Origin: Gammaproteobacteria bacterium
Lineage (GTDB): Bacteria > Pseudomonadota > Gammaproteobacteria > Magnimaribacterales > Magnimaribacteraceae
DNA length: 64,000 nucleotides
Assembly: GCA_015660645.1 (NCBI GenBank)
Contig: DQKS01000070.1
Location: 5,417 to 69,416, forward strand
Direction: 5' to 3'
A program made the translations under genes and the position numbers. Positions 22,073-31,393 of this stretch are shown here, one piece after another. The notes under the pieces were generated by a model. The model was not told where the DNA came from, did no database searches, and was given only the letters and a program-made list of their open reading frames with translations. Numbering within the stretch: the first letter of the stretch is position 1; the number at the start of each line of letters is the position of its first letter.

Positions 22073-22524
22073 AGCCAGATATAAATATAGCTTTAATGCT
22101 TTGTGCTCAAGAGATAGCTACTCGTTTTCTTCCGTTATTAAAAGAAGAGTATGACCAGTCTCGTCTAGGATCATGGGGAGCTCTGACGCTACTTTCTTCT
22201 CTCCAAATAGATGGAGCTGCAGATAATCTAAATAAAGAAAATAAACTAATGCTTGATTGGTTTACAAAGACTAAAAGTATAATTAACGCTGAAGATTTAA
22301 TACACAAGGTAGAAGAAGTTGAATCTTCTCAATTATCTGACATAAAAATCTCGACCTTAGACCTTTTTAACCAAAAACTTAGAATGATATTTGTAGAAAT
22401 ACAAGAATACCTTGAAGATTCTGGAGACTCAGAATACCTAAAAGAAAGTTGGATAATTTTACGAGAGATGCATGGTCATCGAAAGGTAAGTCACATGCTG
22501 GATCTATTAAAATCTGATACTTAA
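22069..22524 (+). CDS. Hypothetical protein (151 aa, predicted helical)
   Basis: ATGA overlap with the kinase stop. No motif recognised. Confidence 0.55.
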   Translation: MKPDINIALMLCAQEIATRFLPLLKEEYDQSRLGSWGALTLLSSLQIDGAADNLNKENKLMLDWFTKTKSIINAEDLIHKVEEVESSQLSDIKISTLDLFNQKLRMIFVEIQEYLEDSGDSEYLKESWIILREMHGHRKVSHMLDLLKSDT

Positions 22525-23009
22525 ATTTCCTTTCAATTCTAACTAGACCACTGCATGAAAGATATAAAACTCCAAGACACAATCACCATTGGTGCTGAGT
22601 AAATTGCAGGTAATATAGCTTTAATGAGAACAGTAGCTTTTCTTTCTATTTTTTTCATTTCTATAAAATCTAATACATGAATAACAGTTTATATAATATC
22701 ATTATAATTTATATAAAGATATAGATATAATCAATATATTATGAAATCCCTCTTAAATGTACCTTTTTATCGGCCTAAGCAATAAGATTGGTTACTTGCT
22801 AATCAATTATCTCTAGATCTGGTATAGCTATGCCATTTTCTCTTCTTACGAATCACCTCCTTTTTAGTAGATAGCTATGTTTCTCTATCGCTGCAACTAA
22901 GTAATAAAGTTGCTACTGAATAAATAAGAGTATTTATAATTAATTTACACAAAGTTCATTTCTATATAAGTAACTTAAAATTCTAAATGTATAATAAGCC
23001 AAAACCTCA

Positions 23010-24896
23010 ATGCCTAGAGAATACAACGCAGAATCTATAGAAGTCTTATCAGGACTAGATCCGGTACGCAAGCGGCCAGGCATGTATACCGACACTTCTA
23101 GGCCTAATCACTTAGCTTTAGAAGTTATTGATAACAGTATTGATGAAGCACTTGCTGGGCATGCCTCATGTATCGATGTAGAACATTATAAAGATGGATC
23201 CATTAGTGTTTCCGATGATGGAAGGGGCATGCCCATTGATATTCACCCGGAAGAAGGTGTTCCTGGAGTTGAACTTATACTTACACGTTTACACGCTGGA
23301 GCTAAATTCTCTAGTGAGGATTACAAATTCTCTGGTGGATTGCATGGAGTGGGGGTTTCGGTGGTAAATGCATTATCTTCTAACCTATTGGCTGAGATTA
23401 AAAGAGGCGGTTCAAAATATTTAATAGAATTTCAAAATGGAGAAAAGGTATCGGATTTAAAAGAAATTGATTCGGTCGGGAAGAAAAATACAGGCACAAA
23501 GATATTATTTTTACCAGATCCTCAGTATTTTGATACTGTCAAAATTTCGCCAAGCCAGCTAATGTCTGCATTAAAAGCCAAAGCAGTTTTGTGTCCTGGT
23601 TTAACTATCTCTTTTAAGGATGATTCTGCAGGAGTAAATGAAACTTGGTGTTTTATGGATGGTTTAGCAGCTTATCTAGTTGCTAACAATGCAGGCGCAG
23701 AATTAATTCCATTAGAGCCATTTGAAGGCGACCAAATGACAGAGGAAGGCGGATTAACCTGGGCATTGCAGTGGGTTCAGGGGATCTCTGATCCAATTTC
23801 TGAAAGTTACGTTAATCTTATACCTACTACTCAAGGTGGAACTCATGTAAATGGATTTAGAATGGGACTTACAGAAGCTTTAAAAGAGTTTTGTGATTTT
23901 AGAAACCTTATACCTAGGGGGGTTAAGCTAACTGCTGAGGATATTTGGTTAAACTGTAGTTCTATTTTATCGGCTAAAGTTGTAGATCCTCAATTTACAG
24001 GGCAAACAAAAGAACGACTATCTTCAAAAGATTTTAGTAGTGTAGTTTCAGCGATTATAAAAGATTCTTTTAGTCTTTGGTTAAATCAGCACACGGCAGA
24101 AGGAGAAGAGATTGCTTTAATTTGCATAACTAATGCACAGTTAAGACAAAAAAATAATAAGAAAGTAATTAGGAAGAAGATAACAGCCGGCCCGGCATTG
24201 CCAGGTAAGTTAACAGATTGCACAACGGATGATGCAGAAAGAGGTGAATTATTTCTTGTAGAAGGGGATTCAGCAGGCGGTTCTGCTAAGCAGGCAAGAG
24301 ATAGAGTATTTCAGGCTATTTTACCTTTAGGGGGAAAAATCCTAAACACATGGGAAGTAGAAGTAGGTGATATTTTAGCATCGCAAGAGGTTCATAATAT
24401 TGCTATAGCACTCGGGGTAGAACCTGGGAGTAATAATTTAGATGGATTAAGATACGGAAAAGTATGTATTCTTGCAGATGCAGATTCCGATGGTTTACAC
24501 ATAGCAACACTACTGTGTGCGCTTTTTTTACGTCATTTCCGCCCTCTAGTTGAATCTGGAAGAATTTATGTAGCAATGCCACCTTTATATAGAGTTGATC
24601 AAGGCAAGGAAGTCTATTATGCCTTAGATGATCTTGAGAAAGATAAACTAGTAGAAAAACTCCAAGCTAATAACAAGAGAACAAAAATTGAAATACAAAG
24701 ATTTAAGGGTTTGGGAGAGATGAATGCATCTCAATTAAGAGAAACAACTATGCTACCAGGTGCAAGAAGATTAGTTCAGTTGACAATAAAGGCTGGAGAT
24801 AAATCTACACAGATTATGGATATGTTGCTTTCAAAAAAAAGAGCACCAGATAGAAAAGAATGGCTAGAAGATAAAGGAAATTTAGCTGATGTCTGA
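23010..24896 (+). CDS. parE: DNA topoisomerase IV subunit B
   Basis: 628 aa GHKL/Toprim protein ([21 protein letters not shown]), shorter than GyrB. It overlaps the following parC. Confidence 0.92.
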   Translation: MPREYNAESIEVLSGLDPVRKRPGMYTDTSRPNHLALEVIDNSIDEALAGHASCIDVEHYKDGSISVSDDGRGMPIDIHPEEGVPGVELILTRLHAGAKFSSEDYKFSGGLHGVGVSVVNALSSNLLAEIKRGGSKYLIEFQNGEKVSDLKEIDSVGKKNTGTKILFLPDPQYFDTVKISPSQLMSALKAKAVLCPGLTISFKDDSAGVNETWCFMDGLAAYLVANNAGAELIPLEPFEGDQMTEEGGLTWALQWVQGISDPISESYVNLIPTTQGGTHVNGFRMGLTEALKEFCDFRNLIPRGVKLTAEDIWLNCSSILSAKVVDPQFTGQTKERLSSKDFSSVVSAIIKDSFSLWLNQHTAEGEEIALICITNAQLRQKNNKKVIRKKITAGPALPGKLTDCTTDDAERGELFLVEGDSAGGSAKQARDRVFQAILPLGGKILNTWEVEVGDILASQEVHNIAIALGVEPGSNNLDGLRYGKVCILADADSDGLHIATLLCALFLRHFRPLVESGRIYVAMPPLYRVDQGKEVYYALDDLEKDKLVEKLQANNKRTKIEIQRFKGLGEMNASQLRETTMLPGARRLVQLTIKAGDKSTQIMDMLLSKKRAPDRKEWLEDKGNLADV

Positions 24897-27144
24897 GAAA
24901 ATTGAACAACAACCTTTAAGCCAATACACCGAGAAGGCATATCTGGATTATTCCATGTATGTGATCCTTGATAGAGCACTTCCGCATATTGGTGATGGTT
25001 TAAAGCCTGTTCAAAGAAGAATAATATATGCCATGTCCGAACTGGGCCTGAGTTCTTCTGCTAAATACAAAAAGAGCGCAAGGACAGTTGGTGATGTAAT
25101 AGGAAAATTCCATCCGCATGGGGATAGTGCTGCTTATGAAGCAATGGTTCTGCTTTCTCAATCTTTTACAACTCGTTACCCGCTAATTGATGGTCAAGGT
25201 AATTGGGGTTCTGTTGATGATCCTAAGTCCTTTGCCGCAATGCGTTATACAGAATGCAGGCTTTCATCATATGCTAAAAATTTATTAGAAGAGTTAGGCC
25301 AGGGTACGGTGGATTGGGGTAGTAACTTTGATGGTACTCTTTTAGAGCCTTTACTTTTACCAGCTCGATTACCAAATCTATTGCTTAATGGAGCTTCCGG
25401 AATTGCAGTTGGTATGGCAACCGATATCCCATCACACAACCTTAATGAAGTAGTAACAGCCTGTATTAAACTTTTAGATAAGCCTAAAACAACTGTGGAG
25501 GAGTTATACAACCTGATTCCAGCTCCTGATTATCCAACTGAGGCTGAAATAATTACTCCAGAAGAAGAATTAAAAGAGATTTATCAAACTGGAAAAGGTT
25601 CTATTAGAATGAGAGCTACGTATCAAATAGAGGATGGAGAAATTGTTATACTTGCGTTACCTCACCAAACTCCAAGCTCGAAAATATTAGAACAAGTAGC
25701 TGCTCAAATGGAAGCGAAGAAACTTCCAATGATTGTCGACCTTCGAGATGAAAGTGATCAAGAGAATCCAACGCGTTTGATTCTAGTTCCTAAATCAAAT
25801 CGTATTGATAAAGATGCCGTAATGAATCATCTATTTGCAACCACTGATTTACAAAAGAACTTTAGAGTCAATATGAATATTATTGGTTTAAATGGCAAGC
25901 CTCAAGTTAGAGACATAAAATCAGTATTAAAAGAATGGCTTACTTTCAGAACTCAGACAGTAACCAGGCGTCTTCAATATCGGCTTGATTGGGTTCTAGA
26001 TCGCCTGCATATACTGGAAGGGCTGATGGCAGTTTTTCTTAATATAGATGAGGTCATCCATATTATTAGAACTGAAGATGAACATAGAAAAGTATTGCAA
26101 AAGAAATTTAAATTGAGCGTTGTTCAAGTAGATGCAATTTTAGAGATAAGACTACGTCAGTTAGCAAAGCTAGAAGAAATAAAGATAAAAGAAGAGGAAG
26201 AAAGATTAGATAGTGAGAAAAAAGATTTAGAAAAGACATTAGGCTCTAAAGCAAGATTAAAGACACTTCTAAAAAATGAATTAAAATCTGATATAGAAAT
26301 TTATGGGGATGATAGAAAAAGCCCTATTGTTTCTCGAGAAGAAGCAAGTGCATTCGATGAAACAGAATTAATTTCTTCAGATCCGGTAACTGTAATTCTT
26401 TCTAAGAGAGGATGGGTTAGAGTCGCTAAAGGACATGATGTAGAAGCTGAGAGTCTAAATTATAGAGAAGGTGATGGTTTCTTCACTTCAGTTAAATGCA
26501 GGAATAATCAGAATGCAGTCTTCTTCGATTCAAAAGGAAAGGCATACACTTTGCCTTGCCACAGTCTTCCTTCTGCAAGAGGACAGGGTGAACCTTTAAC
26601 AGGTAGGTTAAATGCTGAATCAGGTGAAACCTTTGCAGGAGTTGTAGCTGGTCCCTTAGAATCTAAAGTAGTCCTTGCAACTAGTGAAGGATATGGTTTT
26701 GTTGCAAATTTAGGCGATTTGCAGACAAAAAATAAATCTGGGAAGGCTGTTTTAAAGGTTTCAGAGGGGGCTAAAGTACTCCCCCCACAATTAGTATCAT
26801 CTTCCGAAGATAGAATAGCTGCAATAAGTAATATGGGTAAGCTATTGGTCTTTCCAGTCTCTGAGTTACCAGAACTTTCAAGAGGGAAAGGCAATAAGAT
26901 TATGGGGATCCCTAAGCCCAAATTTCAATCAGGTGAAGAACTTCTGAGCTTTATAGCAGTTATACAAGAAGGCACTAATCTTAAGTTAATTAATGGTAAG
27001 ACACATTATTCTCCAAAGGCTAAAGATTTAGATAATTTTTTGGGTGGCCGAGGAAAAAGAGGTCTCTCTTTGCCTCCTGGTTATAGAAATCTAGATGCTA
27101 TAGAGGTTATTTCTAAGAAGAAATCTGATCAAGATCCAGAATAA
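24889..27144 (+). CDS. parC: DNA topoisomerase IV subunit A
   Basis: 751 aa. [12 protein letters not shown], the HPHGD motif and the active-site region AAMRYTE. Confidence 0.92.
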   Translation: MSEKIEQQPLSQYTEKAYLDYSMYVILDRALPHIGDGLKPVQRRIIYAMSELGLSSSAKYKKSARTVGDVIGKFHPHGDSAAYEAMVLLSQSFTTRYPLIDGQGNWGSVDDPKSFAAMRYTECRLSSYAKNLLEELGQGTVDWGSNFDGTLLEPLLLPARLPNLLLNGASGIAVGMATDIPSHNLNEVVTACIKLLDKPKTTVEELYNLIPAPDYPTEAEIITPEEELKEIYQTGKGSIRMRATYQIEDGEIVILALPHQTPSSKILEQVAAQMEAKKLPMIVDLRDESDQENPTRLILVPKSNRIDKDAVMNHLFATTDLQKNFRVNMNIIGLNGKPQVRDIKSVLKEWLTFRTQTVTRRLQYRLDWVLDRLHILEGLMAVFLNIDEVIHIIRTEDEHRKVLQKKFKLSVVQVDAILEIRLRQLAKLEEIKIKEEEERLDSEKKDLEKTLGSKARLKTLLKNELKSDIEIYGDDRKSPIVSREEASAFDETELISSDPVTVILSKRGWVRVAKGHDVEAESLNYREGDGFFTSVKCRNNQNAVFFDSKGKAYTLPCHSLPSARGQGEPLTGRLNAESGETFAGVVAGPLESKVVLATSEGYGFVANLGDLQTKNKSGKAVLKVSEGAKVLPPQLVSSSEDRIAAISNMGKLLVFPVSELPELSRGKGNKIMGIPKPKFQSGEELLSFIAVIQEGTNLKLINGKTHYSPKAKDLDNFLGGRGKRGLSLPPGYRNLDAIEVISKKKSDQDPE

Positions 27145-27160
27145 GGAACTTGGCATTGGC

Positions 27161-28189
27161 ATGAACGATAAGATTTATTTAAGTAGTCAGGAAATTTTTC
27201 ATGCAGCAAGAAAGTTATCACTTTTACCTGAAAATCACCCTGCTAATAATATGCATGGACATAATTTTGTAACAGGTTTAAAAATTGATCCACTTGAACA
27301 AACTGCTAATTCATTAAATGATTTATTCTCTTCATTAAGAAACTTAGTTAATCCTCTCGATTATCAATTGTTAAATGATTTTATGGATAACCCGTGTGAT
27401 AAAAATATAGCTTTAAAATTAAAGAGGGAGTTTGATAATAAAGCCTTTATAAAGAGTTTTGTATCTAGCACTCCCCAACAAGGCGCTATTTGTGATGCTC
27501 TAGAAAATATATCTTTGTGGAAAGGTTTTGCATTCCAAGCTGCCCATCAATTGCCAAATGTTCCAAAAGATCATAAGTGTGGCAATATGCACGGTCATAC
27601 CTTCGAAGTAATTTTGTTTTCTTATGGTGAAGCAGTTAATTCCCATGATCTAGAATTAATGTGTGAATTTCTCTTTAAAAAACTAAATAAGAAATGCCTT
27701 AATAATATAAAAGGATTAGAAAACCCTACTAGTGAAATGATAGCTTCCTGGGCTTGGTCTTTATTAGAAAACAAATTTGATTCTATATCGCATATTGTCA
27801 TTAAAGAAACCGGACATGCTGGTTGCAGCTTTGATGGAAAGAGTCATCAAATATGGAGAGAACAAATTTTGCAATCTGCAATTTCAGATTCTTCTAATTC
27901 AGACACATATGGGTATGGCTATTTAAGCCGTTTATATATTACTGCTCCTCTAGACCAAGTTTATGGTTGGACCATGGATTTTGGTGACGTTAAGAAGATT
28001 TTTGAACCTGTTTTTCATCAAATGGATCATCATTATTTAAATGACTTAAAAAATCTTAGCGACTTTACTTTATTTGGTTTGGTAAAATGGATGAAATCTC
28101 AGCTAAAAGAGTTTTTACCTGCTTTAGATCGAATAGATCTTTATGAGTCTGAAGGAAATGGCGTTGAATTATTCATAAATAAGGATTAA
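27161..28189 (+). CDS. QueD/PTPS (6-carboxy/6-pyruvoyl-tetrahydropterin synthase) family protein with three T-fold-like modules
   Basis: Module 2 has FQAAHQL...HKCGNMHGHTFEV. Module 1 has FHAARKL...NNMHGHNF without the Cys. Module 3 has GWTMDFGDVK...MDHHYLNDL...LYESEG but YGYGY in place of HGH. Confidence 0.7.
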   Translation: MNDKIYLSSQEIFHAARKLSLLPENHPANNMHGHNFVTGLKIDPLEQTANSLNDLFSSLRNLVNPLDYQLLNDFMDNPCDKNIALKLKREFDNKAFIKSFVSSTPQQGAICDALENISLWKGFAFQAAHQLPNVPKDHKCGNMHGHTFEVILFSYGEAVNSHDLELMCEFLFKKLNKKCLNNIKGLENPTSEMIASWAWSLLENKFDSISHIVIKETGHAGCSFDGKSHQIWREQILQSAISDSSNSDTYGYGYLSRLYITAPLDQVYGWTMDFGDVKKIFEPVFHQMDHHYLNDLKNLSDFTLFGLVKWMKSQLKEFLPALDRIDLYESEGNGVELFINKD

Positions 28190-28191
28190 AA

Positions 28192-28659
28192 ATGAAAAAT
28201 AAATTTCCATACGAATGCAGGCCAGTGACAGTTACTAAAGATATGTGTGATCTAAACGGTCATATGAATGTAGTTTATTACACTCATATATTCGAAGATT
28301 GTTGTGTTGAACTCTATGATGATATGGGTTTTACTGCCAATTATTTTAAAAAAGGATTTTCAAGTTTTACTGTAGAGATGAATATTAGATATTTGAAAGA
28401 ATTGAAGGAAGAAGAGAAGGCCTATCCATATTTCAGATTAATAGATGTTGGACCAAAATTAATCCATTACGGTGGAGTTATTTTAACTGAAGATGGAGAA
28501 TTATCTGCAACCACAGAAAACATGCTAGTTCATATTGATATGAATGTTAGAAAGTCATCTGTTATGCCAAAGTATTTACTCGAACATTTAGGAAAGATGC
28601 GTGAAGAACACGCGAAAACTGGTGAATTAGATTTTGAATTAAGGTTAAAAATTAAATAG
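28192..28659 (+). CDS. Hotdog-fold acyl-CoA thioesterase (4HBT/YbgC-like)
   Basis: 155 aa. N-terminal ...VTKDMCDLNGHMNVVYYTHIFED..., typical of the 4HBT family. Confidence 0.7.
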   Translation: MKNKFPYECRPVTVTKDMCDLNGHMNVVYYTHIFEDCCVELYDDMGFTANYFKKGFSSFTVEMNIRYLKELKEEEKAYPYFRLIDVGPKLIHYGGVILTEDGELSATTENMLVHIDMNVRKSSVMPKYLLEHLGKMREEHAKTGELDFELRLKIK

Positions 28660-29620
28660 CCGAAAGCTTTTGTTGCACTTGTTCTGTTAATAAAGGTAGA
28701 ACTTCTTGTGCTGTTAGATTTTCCTCTAATTGTTCTATCTTAGATGCACCCAGAATCACCGTTGAAACGTTCTTATTTAAAAGACACCAAGCTATTGACA
28801 GCTTTGAAAGGCTAACTCCTAGTTCTTGAGCAATGGGTAATAGAGTAGAAACTTTTTTCATCCTTTCTTGGCCCCTTTCTGATTCTAACATGTGCTTTTT
28901 TAGCCATTCATAGCCCTCAAGTGACACTCTTGACCCTTCTGGAATTCCTTCTAAGTATTTACCTGTTAGAGCTCCCGAAGCTAGTGGTGACCATATAGTT
29001 GTCCCCATACTGTATTTATCAAAAATTGGCCCATACTCAACTTCAAATCTTTTTCTATCTAGCAAGTTATATTGTGGTTGTTCCATTGTGGGGGGGCTTA
29101 AATGATTTTTTTCAGCAAATTCATAGGCCTCTGTTATTTGTTCAGCAGTCCATTCCGAAGTTCCCCAATACAGAATTTTACCTTGAGTAATTAGATTGTG
29201 CATTGCCCATACAGTTTCTCCAATGGGAGTATCGGGATCAGCCCTATGGCAGAAATATAAATCTAAGTAATCGACTTGGAGTCTCTTCAAGGCTTGATGA
29301 CATGCTTCTGTAACATGTTTCTTACTCAATCCGATTTGGGTGGGGCTAGGTTTTTTGTTAGAACCAAAAAAAACTTTAGAAGAAACACAATAACTATCCC
29401 TGGGCCTGTTCAAAGCACTTAAAGCTTTACCCATAACAACTTCAGATTCACCTGCTTCATACCCTTCGGCGTTATCAAAGAAATTAACTCCTGCATCAAA
29501 ACAGGTTCCAAACATTCTTTCTGCAAGACCAGAGTCTACTTGTTTATTAAAAGTAACCCAGGATCCAAATGATAGTTCAGATATTTTGAGTCCTGATTTT
29601 CCTAGTTTTCTATATTCCAT
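28652..29620 (-). CDS. Aldo/keto reductase
   Basis: MEYRKLGKSGLKISELSFGSW...FDNAEGY...: AKR N-terminal signature, 322 aa. Confidence 0.88.
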   Translation of the reverse strand: MEYRKLGKSGLKISELSFGSWVTFNKQVDSGLAERMFGTCFDAGVNFFDNAEGYEAGESEVVMGKALSALNRPRDSYCVSSKVFFGSNKKPSPTQIGLSKKHVTEACHQALKRLQVDYLDLYFCHRADPDTPIGETVWAMHNLITQGKILYWGTSEWTAEQITEAYEFAEKNHLSPPTMEQPQYNLLDRKRFEVEYGPIFDKYSMGTTIWSPLASGALTGKYLEGIPEGSRVSLEGYEWLKKHMLESERGQERMKKVSTLLPIAQELGVSLSKLSIAWCLLNKNVSTVILGASKIEQLEENLTAQEVLPLLTEQVQQKLSAI

Positions 29621-29636
29621 AATTAGTAATTAATTG

Positions 29637-30842
29637 CTACGAAGAAAGCGCTTTCTCAAGTCTTTCAATACCTTCAGATATCTCATCTTCACTTATATTC
29701 AATGCAGGTGCAAATCTAAGAGTTGATGTTCCTGCGGAGACAGCTATTAATCCGTGTTCATAACACCTATCTAATAATTTATTTACTTCTCCTCGATTGT
29801 TGAGTTCACAACCCACCCAAAGCCCAGAAGACCTAATGGAACTAAAGGCTTGGTATTTTTGAGAAAGACTTTCTAGTTTATTTACTAAGAGAGCCTCTTT
29901 TTCCTTAATTTTGCTAAGAAAGGAGGGTGTAGAGACTATTTCTATAACTTTGTTAGCTACAGCACAAGCCATTGGATTTCCTCCAAAAGTTGAGCCATGA
30001 GAGCCAATACTCATTACGGATGCAATACTATCTTTTGTTAATGTTGCACCTATAGGAATGCCTCCTCCTAAACCTTTTGCAGAAGTTAAGATGTCTGGTT
30101 CAATATCAAAAGCCATATATCCAAACAAGTGACCCATTCTTCCTATTCCGCTCTGAACTTCGTCCATAATTAAGATAATTCCATTTTGAGTACACAAATC
30201 CCTAATCCCAAGTAAGAATTCTTGTTCTGCAGGAACAACACCAGCCTCTCCTTGCACAGGTTCAATAATAATTGCAGCAGTTTTATCAGATATTAGTTTT
30301 TTTACAGAACTTAAACTATTGTAATTTGCATGAAGTATTCCTTTAGGTAGTGGTCCAAATCCTTTTCTGTGGTTATCAGAGGCTCCTAAGGATATATTCA
30401 GTAATGATCTACCGTGAAAAGAGTTGTTAAATGCTATGATTTCATTTTTATCGTTTCTATTTTCATGATGATAGCGCCTTGCCATTTTTATAGCTGCTTC
30501 ATTAGCTTCTGATCCTGAGTTACTAAAATAGACTTTATCTGCAAAAGTTAGGTCTGTGAGTTGCTTAGCTAAACTAATCGCAGGTTCATTAGCGATATAG
30601 TTACTTAAATGCCATAATTTTTGAGATTGTTCATTTAATGCAGATATAAGCTCTGGATTTGAGTGGCCGAGACTTGTGACTGCAATGCCTCCTCCTAAAT
30701 CTATAAATTTCTTATTATTTTTATCCCATACGTAGGAACCGCTTGCTTTTACAGGTATAAAATTAGCAGGTGCATAATTAGGGAGCATGACTTCATCATA
30801 AAGATCCCTAAGCTGTTTATTTTTATCTATATCATTGTTCAT
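29637..30842 (-). CDS. argD: Acetylornithine/succinylornithine-type class III aminotransferase
   Basis: YDEVMLPNYAPANFIPVKASGSYVWD...GGIAVTSLGHSNP aligns closely with E. coli ArgD/AstC as I recall them. The ATG at 30842 gives an ArgD-like N-terminus. The ATG at 30887 is the alternative. Confidence 0.75.
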   Translation of the reverse strand: MNNDIDKNKQLRDLYDEVMLPNYAPANFIPVKASGSYVWDKNNKKFIDLGGGIAVTSLGHSNPELISALNEQSQKLWHLSNYIANEPAISLAKQLTDLTFADKVYFSNSGSEANEAAIKMARRYHHENRNDKNEIIAFNNSFHGRSLLNISLGASDNHRKGFGPLPKGILHANYNSLSSVKKLISDKTAAIIIEPVQGEAGVVPAEQEFLLGIRDLCTQNGIILIMDEVQSGIGRMGHLFGYMAFDIEPDILTSAKGLGGGIPIGATLTKDSIASVMSIGSHGSTFGGNPMACAVANKVIEIVSTPSFLSKIKEKEALLVNKLESLSQKYQAFSSIRSSGLWVGCELNNRGEVNKLLDRCYEHGLIAVSAGTSTLRFAPALNISEDEISEGIERLEKALSS

Positions 30843-30889
30843 AAGATGTAACGACCTTAAAGGCGAGGTATTATAGTTATCCTTCATCC

Positions 30890-31393
30890 ATGGTCAAAAT
30901 AGAAAGTAATAAAAAAACTAATACTCATCGTATATTATTAAGACCTAATCAATCAATTAGCTGGCGTTTAAGTCTAATATTTATAGGTTTTATAGCTATA
31001 ACTTGTTTAAGCATAGGTGTAGCTTTTTCTTTTTTTGGGGCAACTCTCATTCTTCCTTTTGCAGGTTTAGAAGTAATTCTTGTCAGTATTTGCGTTTACA
31101 TAGTTTTACGTAAATGCTACTGCCAAGAAGTAATTACCATGACTCAAGATAAGTTAAAAATCCAGAGAGCAATTGGGAAGTCGGAAAAGATATGGGAGTA
31201 TTTTAGGATATGGTCTTATCTTTTAGTGGAAAGGCCAAAGCACCCTTGGTATCCAGCTCATATATTTGTGACTTCTAAAGGAGAACGGGTGCCAGTAGGA
31301 GATTTCTTAACGGAAGATGAAAAAGAAGATCTTGTGGTTAGTTTAGAAGCTATTATTAATTCATTTAATAAGAATCAAGTCACCTCTGATTAA
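30890..31393 (+). CDS. DUF2244-like two-TM membrane protein
   Basis: LRPNQSISWR followed by two hydrophobic helices and ...QEVITMTQDKLKIQR. Resembles DUF2244 from memory. Confidence 0.6.
   Translation: MVKIESNKKTNTHRILLRPNQSISWRLSLIFIGFIAITCLSIGVAFSFFGATLILPFAGLEVILVSICVYIVLRKCYCQEVITMTQDKLKIQRAIGKSEKIWEYFRIWSYLLVERPKHPWYPAHIFVTSKGERVPVGDFLTEDEKEDLVVSLEAIINSFNKNQVTSD

Noticed and set aside
22379-22582. 67-aa minus-strand ORF at the end of the kinase operon
   Set aside because: It mostly overlaps the 151-aa plus-strand gene in antisense. It has no motif and its composition is implausible.
22660-22760. AT-rich tract as a replication origin
   Set aside because: I found no DnaA-box-like TTATCCACA/TGTGGATAA sequences and no origin-associated neighbours (dnaA, dnaN, gidA).
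26508-26921. 137-aa minus-strand ORF inside parC
   Set aside because: It is antisense to a highly conserved gene and has no recognisable motif. The same reasoning applies to the other antisense or off-frame track ORFs at 1956-2153, 7301-7603, 8154-8393, 13103-13412, 14020-14364, 18411-18850, 19039-19926, 25245-25511, 32080-32481, 32713-33308, 35309-35989, 48096-48440, 58499-58747 and 60803-61222.
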